Part shown: piece by piece, positions 56,790-64,000 of the stretch
Position numbering within the stretch: the stretch's first letter is position 1
Layout: each line of letters begins with the position of its first letter
Assembly: GCA_050248855.1 (NCBI GenBank)
Contig: JBFWRP010000012.1
Coordinates: 32,001-96,000 of the forward strand
Direction of reading: 5' to 3'
DNA from: Planctomycetota bacterium
Lineage (GTDB): Bacteria > Planctomycetota > PLA2 > JAEUHO01
DNA: 64,000 nucleotides
Notes under the pieces: generated by a model
Told to the model about the DNA's origin: nothing
Seen by the model: the letters and a program-made list of their open reading frames with translations, nothing else
The model's database searches: none
Made by a program: the position numbers and the translations under genes

Positions 56790-59573
56790 TCACCGGGCCC
56801 CCGGCGGACGCCCGTTTCGGGCCGCCACGAACTCTCCGCAGGCGTGGCAGCCGGCAGCCGCTCCCGCCGGGCGGTCGTCCCGCCCACAGACCGGGCAGCG
56901 CGGCCAGAGCAGCCCGCAGGCCTCGTCCCGGACGGCCTCCCGCTCGGCGGCCTCGACGGGGTCGTCGGAAGGGGAACCAGGGGAAGTAGGGGAAGTAGGG
57001 GAACTGTGCGGGTCGGTCCCCGCGCGCGCGGCCGCGCGGCCCGCGCGCGCGTACACGAAACTGGAAGGGCTCCGCCCACTTCCCCTACTTCCCCTTCTTC
57101 CCCTTCCCTCGTCATCCTCGGCGCGCGCCCCCGTGACCCGGATGCCCCAGCGTGCGGCCCCGTCCCGCTCGCCCCGGCGCTCGAACACGAGCCCCTCGAC
57201 CACGCGCCCGGCGACCTTGCGCAGGTAGTAGCCCAGGCGCTTCGCGTCGGCCTTGCCGCCGTGGTCGGCACCGACGCCGACGATGGCGTCGTGGAGCGAC
57301 GGCGCCGAGGCAGCGCGCTTCACAGCCTCTGCCGCCGTCGTCGTCTCGGCCCCGAGCTCCGCGTGCCAGGCCGTCAGAAGCATCGCCAGCACTTCGCGGT
57401 CGGGCGCCTCGCCCACGAGCCGCCCCTGGGTGTCCAGCGGATCCGCCTCGCCGCCCGCGAGCCGATGCGCCCAGATCACGGCAGCCCGCACCAGACCGTC
57501 CCAGGCCGTGAACATCCCGAGCGGAGGGCGACCGTGCCCGGGGCGCCCCGCGACGTGGAACCCCCGCACCACGGTCAGCGCCGCGACCAGGAGGCGCGGG
57601 TGCTCGTGGGCGACGTGATCGAGCAGGTCGCCCACCTCGAACGTCCGTAGGCTCGGCCGCTCGACGCCCGGCTCGATCTGCACGGAGAGCGCCCGCCGTC
57701 CCAGGTCCCCGGCCAGGCGAATGTTGTTGCCCGTCGCGATCCAGACGACGCGGTGGGGGAGCGTCACCCTGCGGTTGACCCCAAGGATCCGGTCGCTCCA
57801 CTCGATGCACGTGAGGAGCGCCGCGAGGCTCGGGCTCTCCAACGTCGAGCCGTCCGGCACGTTGTCGAGCAGCGCGACACGGGGCGCCTCCATGACGACG
57901 GTCGTCAGGCGCTTCCGCATCTCGGCCTCGCCGTCGGAACGGCGCCCTCCCACGGGCGGCATCTCGTCCGGGCCGTGCCCGGTCATGGCGCGTGTGGCGA
58001 CGTGCGCCAGGAGCGTCTTCCCGCTCCCGAACTCGGGTGCGATCGCTGCGGTCATCGGCACGGGCCCGGGGACGGCGAAGCGGCAGGCGATCCCGAGCAT
58101 GAGAGCGGCCACAGCCGCCTCGTCCGCCGGCGTCGCCAGCGGGAACTCGCGGAACGGGTCGAGCAGGACCCGATACGCCTCGCCCACCTCGGCCTCCGAG
58201 GGCCGCGGCGGGACGGTCGGGTAGACGCGGGCCGGCATGTAGATCAGCCCCGTCGGCTCGTCGTAGCCCGGACGATCCAGGACCGATCCATCGACGCGAA
58301 GCGTCGGCGCCGTGACCACACCGAGGAGAGGACGGATCCCCGGCCACTCGGCGCGGTCACGCATGGCCTCGACCACGGGACGGGGGCACCACTCCTCGAG
58401 GCGCACTACGTCGCCCTGCCGGGTCTTCTTCTCGCGGATCCAGCACGCGGCCTCGTCGAGCCGCTCGCGGAGGATCGAGTCGGGGAGACGCACGATGCGC
58501 GGCGCGGCGCTTCGCTGGATGCCGTCCTCGCCCGCCTCCACCGTCCGGACGACCCGCGAGAGGACGTCGCCGCGCGCGTAGACGACCTCGCGGCATCGCT
58601 TCGCCAGGGCCGTGACCGCGGGCGGCAGGATCTGGTGGAGCGGCACGTCGCCGCCCAGTCCGGTGAACACGATCACGGGGCGATCGGGGGCCGAGCGTTC
58701 GACTGCCGTGCGCACGGTGCGCTGTCCGTACGTCTCCCCCTGCCCCGCGCTCTGGTCCCACTTCGGCCGGTAAAGCTTCGAGCGCCGAAACAGCCGGTCG
58801 ATGCGCTCCGGGTCGCGGTCGGTCCAGAACGCCAGGATCAGGCACAGCCCGAGGTCGGCCTCGGACGGCGATCCGTAGCCCGTCGTGTCGCCGTCGTCGT
58901 AGAGCGCGCAGAACTTCTTCCCGTTCTTGGCCTTGCGCGCACGCGCGAGGAGCCGCTCGTCGTCCGGCTCGGCCTGCCGCGACCCGGGATCGGGCGGCAC
59001 GGGACGCTTGCGCTGCTGCGGCGGGAAGGTCTCGGCGTGCCAGGCATCGAGATCGCGTTGGCGCTCCTCGACCGGCAGCGGCGGGACACCGTTCAGGCTC
59101 CGTGCCGTGATCGTGAAGTAGCGCCCTTCCGCATAGCACTCGATCGCGCCACGCTTCCGGCCACCGGGCGGGAGCGCGCCGACGAGGATCAGGTGAACGC
59201 CCCGGCCCGAGGGGCTGACCTCGGTGTACGTGGCGAAGCGCTCGACCGTGGCTCGAGCCCACGTAAGCAGCTCTCCGGATGCGGGGTCGCGGCAGCCGTC
59301 GAGATCGATCCCGACGAACGGGTCGTCGGCCGCGAAGGCGAAGCCGATGCCGCTGAAGCCGCCGCCCGTGTACGCCGCGCGCGCCTCCTCGAACGAGCAC
59401 CACGTCGCCGGGTCGGTCGTGGACGCGTGCTGTCCATCGACGCGGTAGGGCACCTTCGTCGGTTTCTTCTGCCCAGGCTTGTGCTCCAGCCTCCACAGGA
59501 GCCACTGCCGGCGCTGACGCAGCGCCTCCGGAACGGCGTCGAACTCGGGCGCGAGCACGGTGGGTAGCGTCAT
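56790..59573 (-). CDS. NrS-1-like primase-polymerase with helical bundle and P-loop domain
   Basis: FVGIDLD, EVSPSGRGVH, IECY, SEADLGLC..LAFWT..IDRLFR, GSGKT, LLDNV. Confidence 0.88.
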   Translation of the reverse strand: MTLPTVLAPEFDAVPEALRQRRQWLLWRLEHKPGQKKPTKVPYRVDGQHASTTDPATWCSFEEARAAYTGGGFSGIGFAFAADDPFVGIDLDGCRDPASGELLTWARATVERFATYTEVSPSGRGVHLILVGALPPGGRKRGAIECYAEGRYFTITARSLNGVPPLPVEERQRDLDAWHAETFPPQQRKRPVPPDPGSRQAEPDDERLLARARKAKNGKKFCALYDDGDTTGYGSPSEADLGLCLILAFWTDRDPERIDRLFRRSKLYRPKWDQSAGQGETYGQRTVRTAVERSAPDRPVIVFTGLGGDVPLHQILPPAVTALAKRCREVVYARGDVLSRVVRTVEAGEDGIQRSAAPRIVRLPDSILRERLDEAACWIREKKTRQGDVVRLEEWCPRPVVEAMRDRAEWPGIRPLLGVVTAPTLRVDGSVLDRPGYDEPTGLIYMPARVYPTVPPRPSEAEVGEAYRVLLDPFREFPLATPADEAAVAALMLGIACRFAVPGPVPMTAAIAPEFGSGKTLLAHVATRAMTGHGPDEMPPVGGRRSDGEAEMRKRLTTVVMEAPRVALLDNVPDGSTLESPSLAALLTCIEWSDRILGVNRRVTLPHRVVWIATGNNIRLAGDLGRRALSVQIEPGVERPSLRTFEVGDLLDHVAHEHPRLLVAALTVVRGFHVAGRPGHGRPPLGMFTAWDGLVRAAVIWAHRLAGGEADPLDTQGRLVGEAPDREVLAMLLTAWHAELGAETTTAAEAVKRAASAPSLHDAIVGVGADHGGKADAKRLGYYLRKVAGRVVEGLVFERRGERDGAARWGIRVTGARAEDDEGRGRRGSRGSGRSPSSFVYARAGRAAARAGTDPHSSPTSPTSPGSPSDDPVEAAEREAVRDEACGLLWPRCPVCGRDDRPAGAAAGCHACGEFVAARNGRPPGAR
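56970..57104. repeat. Convergent 9-bp iteron-like arrays (candidate origin)
   Basis: AGGGGAA(GT/C) x4 at 56970-57004 and its reverse complement x3 at 57078-57104. Confidence 0.6.
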
Positions 59574-59755
59574 CGCTTCCGCCCATCACCTCGAGCCAGG
59601 TCGATCACCACGGTGCACGGCTCGCACCACGTCCTGCCGTTCCCGAACGCCGCTCCACCCGGCGGCCTGATCCACCGACCGCACCGGCTGCAGCGCGGGA
59701 GCCACGCGGCCGGACTGCGATGGCTCATAGGCTCCGTGGGCGGTTGCTTCGTCAT
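59570..59755 (-). CDS. Small Zn-finger protein
   Basis: CSRC...WCEPC; coupled overlaps. Confidence 0.55.
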   Translation of the reverse strand: MTKQPPTEPMSHRSPAAWLPRCSRCGRWIRPPGGAAFGNGRTWCEPCTVVIDLARGDGRKR

Positions 59756-60222
59756 GCCAGCCTCCCGTCCAAGGACGCCGCCGCCACCGCGATCCACAGC
59801 GCATCGGCGAGGCCGCTGTCCTTCGCGCGGTCCAGGCGCGCGCTCGGCCACCGTTCGCGTGCCAGGCGCAGCGCGTGACGCTTGCGCTCGGTGTACGACT
59901 TGGGCTTCGCCCGGCCGGCGAAGGCCACGCGCTGCCACTCCTTGGGCTGCACGCGCACGAGCGATAGGCCCAAGGCCAGCACGACGCCCTCCGCGCAGCC
60001 GATCGCGCGCCATTGCTGGCTGATCTGCCGCCATCCGCCGGTGTGCGGCGGCCTGCCGACAGGCACCTCGATGGCGACGCGCGTCGGAGCCTGCACCAGA
60101 AGGACATCCGCCAGCGCGGCACCGTCCGTCGTGTCCAGAACCTCGCCGTGGCCCTGGTCCGTGCGCGTGTCCAGGAACGCCACGCTGCCAGCCATGCCGG
60201 GATCGATCGCTGCAACGATCAC
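59752..60222 (-). CDS. RuvC-like Holliday junction resolvase
   Basis: AAIDPG, VAIE, VQPKEWQ, DSGLADALWIA. Confidence 0.8.
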   Translation of the reverse strand: MIVAAIDPGMAGSVAFLDTRTDQGHGEVLDTTDGAALADVLLVQAPTRVAIEVPVGRPPHTGGWRQISQQWRAIGCAEGVVLALGLSLVRVQPKEWQRVAFAGRAKPKSYTERKRHALRLARERWPSARLDRAKDSGLADALWIAVAAASLDGRLA

Positions 60223-60386
60223 GATGACACCTCACAGAGAAGTGCAGGCCGGGGTGCCCCGCCAGAGTCCCAGGCCGTTCGGTTCACCGAGCGAGCGGGG
60301 CCCCGGCCTGCGGGGAAGACGTGAGCGCCCGTGGGATGCGGACGCGGGAGGGTGGTGGTGGGGCGCGCGGGCGCCATGGCTGCGCC

Positions 60387-60965
60387 CTAGAACGGGATCG
60401 CGTCGTCATCCATCGGCTCGTCGCTGATGGGGTTGCGTGCCACGTCGTCGCGCGCGGCCTTGGCCTTCGCGACCGGCGGCGCCGACGGTTTGGAGTGCGA
60501 CCTGGCGCCCGCGGCAGCCGCGCGCAGCAGCGAGCCGAAGCGCGCCTGCAGCGTCCCGACCTCGCCCTGCGAGGCGCCCGGCACCTGCGGCGTGTGGTCG
60601 CCCGGGTTGATCCAGTCCGCCTTGAAGCGGACCTGGCCGTTGTAGGCGTCCTCCTTCACCGTGATCTGCACGGTGACGTCGGGCACCGGGCCAGCCACGG
60701 TGCGCAGGTCGCCGTTCCAGCCCAGCGCGCCTGCCAACTGCTCGACCACCGTCTGGTTGACGGAGCCGTCGCGCTTGATCACGTAGAACTGGCCGTAGAC
60801 GCGGTGCTCCTCGTACTCGGCCCAGCTCGTCCAACTGGACGCCTCGAGCTGCGCGAGGACCGCGAACTCGATCGAGATCGCGACGGCCTGGCTGGTCTCG
60901 CTGGTGCGCACGGACCACGAGAGCGGGCGCGCGCGGAAGATGCCGGGGCGGTCCAGGCGCCTCAT
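60387..60965 (-). CDS. SSB-like (DUF669-type) phage protein
   Basis: Downstream of the AAA ATPase; VQITVKEDAYNG; acidic tail DDDAIPF. Confidence 0.65.
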   Translation of the reverse strand: MRRLDRPGIFRARPLSWSVRTSETSQAVAISIEFAVLAQLEASSWTSWAEYEEHRVYGQFYVIKRDGSVNQTVVEQLAGALGWNGDLRTVAGPVPDVTVQITVKEDAYNGQVRFKADWINPGDHTPQVPGASQGEVGTLQARFGSLLRAAAAGARSHSKPSAPPVAKAKAARDDVARNPISDEPMDDDAIPF

Positions 60966-61786
60966 CGCGCACCTCCGAAGATCAGCGACCAGATCGCGCC
61001 GTCGTCCGCCGCCGTGAACGGCAGCGGCTCGGAGAGTGTCCTGGACTTGGCCACGTGGTCGGGGCGCTCGATCGGCCAGATCGTGCGCGTGCCCGCGCCC
61101 TTCCCCTTCCTGTCCTTGGCGACGACGTCGTAGCCGACGAAGAGCACGTGGTCGGCCCACTGGACGACGCGGTTTCGGATCGAGGCCTTGCCCGACTTGG
61201 GGCTCTGCAGGTGCGGCTCGAACCGGATGAAGTCCTCGCCGACGGGGTTGGGCACGTCGGCCGTGCAGTCGTGCGCGATCAGGATCACGCTGCGACCGCG
61301 CCGCACCTGGGCGTCGAGGTCTGCGAGCAGGAGGAGAAACGTGTCGTAGACGTGCTGCAGGCCCTTGCCGAACCCGTAGCCCTCCACGCTCGTGACGCGG
61401 TGCCCCTTCTCGTGCGGCACCGTCGCCAGCGTGTGCGCGACGGCCAACTCTTCGGCGCGCGTGGCCGAGTCGAGGACCACCGTCTCGAAGCCGTCCAGCA
61501 CGTCGCTCTGGAGGCACGCACGGAGGTCCGAGAACGTGTCGATGCCCTCGACGCGCGGCACGTCCAGCGCGCGCGTGCCGCACTCCACGTCGAGGAAGAC
61601 CGGCTTGGGGGCCTCGGCGGCGAGACTCGTCTTGCCGATCCCGCCGGGACCGTAGACCACGATCCGCTGCGGACCGGAGACGCGACCCGAGAGGATCGCG
61701 AACCGGCTCGCCGCGGGCGCGGGCTCGGCCGCCGGCGTCGTCGCGCGCCTCGGAGGCGGCGGCTGGGGCTTCTGGACGGCGTGCAT
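60962..61786 (-). CDS. AAA_24 / Sak4-like ATPase
   Basis: VYGPGGIGKT, FLDVECG, VVLDS, GYGFGKG, ILIAH, VAKSR. Confidence 0.85.
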   Translation of the reverse strand: MHAVQKPQPPPPRRATTPAAEPAPAASRFAILSGRVSGPQRIVVYGPGGIGKTSLAAEAPKPVFLDVECGTRALDVPRVEGIDTFSDLRACLQSDVLDGFETVVLDSATRAEELAVAHTLATVPHEKGHRVTSVEGYGFGKGLQHVYDTFLLLLADLDAQVRRGRSVILIAHDCTADVPNPVGEDFIRFEPHLQSPKSGKASIRNRVVQWADHVLFVGYDVVAKDRKGKGAGTRTIWPIERPDHVAKSRTLSEPLPFTAADDGAIWSLIFGGAR

Positions 61787-61843
61787 GGGGAAGGACTCCT
61801 TGGGGTGGCGCCCGCTAGCCCGGGCGCGGTGGCGTGCTCGGGC

Positions 61844-62818
61844 TCAGCCCCCGAGCGAGGCGTCTCCGGCGAACTCGGGGTGGACGCAGTCCGACCGGAC
61901 GAACCCGATGGGGGTTTGGCTGTGGAGGTCGCGGTGCTGGCAGACCGCGAGGTAGTCACAGGCGAACGGTTCGAAGCACGCGCCCGGGTTGCGGTACCAA
62001 GCGTCGCCACGCTGGCAGGCGCGGACCGCCTGTTGCTGGATCCAGAGGTCGCGGCGGCACTCCTCGAGGTCCTGGTCGAGCCGCGCAATCTCGATGCGTG
62101 CGAAGTAGTGCTCCGGCTTGGCCGCGATGTCGGCGGCGATGCGCGCTGCGAACTCCTCGGGCGTCTCGTCGCGATCGCGCTGGTTCGCGTAGAGCGCGCC
62201 GGCCTTCGTGAACTTGCGCGCCGCCTCGGGCGTGGCCTTCAGCGGCCGGAGCGCCGGCCGCCGCGTGACGTCGTAGAGGACCGTCTCGACCTGGAAGTCG
62301 AGCTCGCGCGCTGCGATGACGTAGATCGAGAGTTGGGAATCCAGGTGCAGCCGCAGCCAGTAGTCCGCGCCCGGGGCGAAGTCGCGCGAGGTCGTCTTCA
62401 CCTCGAGGAGCGCCAGCCGACCGTCGGGGAGGCGCACGACGGCATCGATCACGCCGCCGAGACGCCAGATCGGCGTCGGGGCGCCGGTCGCGGGGTTCAC
62501 GAGCGGAAGGTCAAACGGGACCTCGGAGGCGAGGACCTCGAGGCCCGCGCCCGCCCAGCGGCGCTGGTGGCCGTCGAACATGGCGGCGACGAGCGCGAGG
62601 TCGTACGGGTCGTCCAGGCCCTGGGCGATCGCCGCCTCGGGGTCGCTCCCCTTCGCCACAGCCTCGATCGCGCGGTGGAAGGCGGAACCGACCTTGAGGG
62701 CGAAGCCCGTGGTCTCGGGGCGCAGGCCCAGCTCGTACCGGAGGTAGTGGCGCCGCGGACAGGCGCGGAAGGTTGCGAGCCGCGTGTGCGTCAGGACCTG
62801 GGCGGTGGGGGCGCTCAT
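61844..62818 (-). CDS. PD-(D/E)XK RecB/Cas4-like exonuclease
   Basis: FRACPRR, GSAFH, GVIDAV..LLEVKT, QLSIY, C-terminal Cys cluster. Confidence 0.88.
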   Translation of the reverse strand: MSAPTAQVLTHTRLATFRACPRRHYLRYELGLRPETTGFALKVGSAFHRAIEAVAKGSDPEAAIAQGLDDPYDLALVAAMFDGHQRRWAGAGLEVLASEVPFDLPLVNPATGAPTPIWRLGGVIDAVVRLPDGRLALLEVKTTSRDFAPGADYWLRLHLDSQLSIYVIAARELDFQVETVLYDVTRRPALRPLKATPEAARKFTKAGALYANQRDRDETPEEFAARIAADIAAKPEHYFARIEIARLDQDLEECRRDLWIQQQAVRACQRGDAWYRNPGACFEPFACDYLAVCQHRDLHSQTPIGFVRSDCVHPEFAGDASLGG

Positions 62819-63087
62819 ACCGGCACTGCCTCGTCGCGCTTGGGGCGGGGCGCGCGGGGGTGCTCGCGAGCGAGCTCCCGGTGCATGTGCTCGATGACCG
62901 CGCTTCGGAGCCAGCGGTAGACGCCCTTCCCCCGGGGGTTGGCCTGGACGACGCGGCGGCCGCGGACGAGGGCGGGGAAGCGGCTCGCGTACGCGTCCCA
63001 GCGGGACCGCGAGACGTGGACGAGCCCCGAGGCCTCGGCGGCGCTGAGGAGGGCGTCTTCGGGGGGGAGGGGCCTGGGACGCGGCAC
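62815..63087 (-). CDS. Small HTH/excisionase-like protein
   Basis: LLSAAEASGLVHVSRSRW...YRWLRSAV. Confidence 0.6.
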   Translation of the reverse strand: MPRPRPLPPEDALLSAAEASGLVHVSRSRWDAYASRFPALVRGRRVVQANPRGKGVYRWLRSAVIEHMHRELAREHPRAPRPKRDEAVPV

Positions 63088-63207
63088 GTGCGGGAAGATC
63101 CGAGGGGGCCGCCGCGCCCGTCGGGAACGTCCACCTTTGTCCGCGTTTGTCCGTGTTGTCCGCGCTTGGCCCCGCCCAGAACCACGGAGCCGCCCGCGCG
63201 GGCGGGC

Positions 63208-64000
63208 CTACTCGCCGTTCTTCTCCCGGCGTGCGAGGTCTTGCATGAAGCGGCGCTCCGCCTTCGCCGGGTCAGGCCGCGCGGTGGCCGCCTTGGCGGC
63301 CCGGGTTTGCTCCTGCCGCTTGGCCGCCCCGGCCTTGTACTGATCCCCGGCACTCGCGATCTCGCCCGCGACGTGGGTCACGGCGTCTTCGTAGAACCTG
63401 CCGCCCGGCGTGCGCGCAGGCCCGTCCTGGCGCAGCGCGTAGAGGGGATCGCCCGCATCGATCCGGTCGGCGCTCAGCGCCTTCAGGAGCGCGGTGCCCG
63501 ACTGGTGACCGAGGATCTTCGCGGCCTCCTTCGAGGTCAGCACCCGCCCGCTCCATCGGTCGGGACGGTCCATTGGGAGCACCGCGGCCAGGAACGACTT
63601 CAGCATCTCGCCCGGGGGCCGACGCGGAGTGACCTTGCCGTCGGGTCCAAGAGCGAACTCCTCGGCGAGGGGGAGGAAGTGAGCGCGCACGCGCTGGAGC
63701 ACGTCATCAGCCTGGGGGGTGAGTAGGTCTCGCGTGGGGGCAGCGAGGATGAACGGGCCGCCTGCACGCGCGACGAGGGCCTCTGCTACGCGCGCGAGGT
63801 CGGCCGGTTCTGTCTGCACGGTCAGATGAACAGGAAATGGATGGCCAGGTCGAGGGACGTACGTCCCGAGGGACCATGTGCGCTGCAGGGCGGGGACCGG
63901 CGCGTGCTGGACGACCGCACCAAGGGCGGCTGCGATCGCATCACCGAGGGCTCGGCGGTCCAACTCGTAGACGACGATGTCGGCCTGCGTCAACGTAAGC
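63208..64000 (-). CDS. Hypothetical protein with HTH-like segment (5' end probably outside the window)
   Basis: Frame is open to the window edge; LTSKEAAKILG. Confidence 0.6.
   Translation of the reverse strand, partial: LTLTQADIVVYELDRRALGDAIAAALGAVVQHAPVPALQRTWSLGTYVPRPGHPFPVHLTVQTEPADLARVAEALVARAGGPFILAAPTRDLLTPQADDVLQRVRAHFLPLAEEFALGPDGKVTPRRPPGEMLKSFLAAVLPMDRPDRWSGRVLTSKEAAKILGHQSGTALLKALSADRIDAGDPLYALRQDGPARTPGGRFYEDAVTHVAGEIASAGDQYKAGAAKRQEQTRAAKAATARPDPAKAERRFMQDLARREKNGE

Larger units (their letters stand above)
22860..64000. mobile_element. Prophage or defective prophage integrated at tRNA-Arg (continues past the right edge)
   Basis: att + integrase, tail-like genes, portal, TerL/TerS, HNH, primase-polymerase, recombination genes. 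Confidence 0.88.

Noticed and set aside
61844..62818. Cas4 as evidence of a CRISPR-Cas locus
   Set aside because: Its context (AAA_24 ATPase, SSB-like, RuvC-like) is a standard phage recombination module

Overview
Very GC-rich bacterial DNA; the gene content looks Planctomycetota-like (inference only). Positions 1-12.9 kb are host genes: a DUF4185-like lipoprotein, a WD40-like protein, a HEAT protein, a cupin, an SRPBCC protein, mgtE, an AhpC/TlpA-like selenoprotein and a Uma2 remnant. Three copies of the 3' half of a minus-strand tRNA-Arg(CCT) (12965, 19657, 22860) then delimit two integrase-less cassettes that share a conserved scaffold but carry different cargo. From 22860 to beyond the right edge lies a prophage: integrase, type III R-M, lysis- and tail-like genes, portal, terminases, methylase, HNH, primase-polymerase and a recombination module. 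Its capsid/tail-tube block is replaced by cargo. Main signals: (1) three unrelated operons, each built around a secreted Cys-rich protein. One has [YFW]PTC repeats and a CTERM-like anchor followed by two exosortase-like/GATase-like membrane proteins; the other two end in a (C/U)GC-motif redox partner. (2) Three in-frame UGA codons that look like selenocysteine sites (AhpC-like UxxC, MauE-like UGC, WD40-like). (3) The att-bounded cassette array, with a 75-bp palindrome at its rearrangement breakpoints. (4) A 36/30/36-nt repeat-spacer-repeat unit. All family assignments are by eye from motifs; no database search was run.
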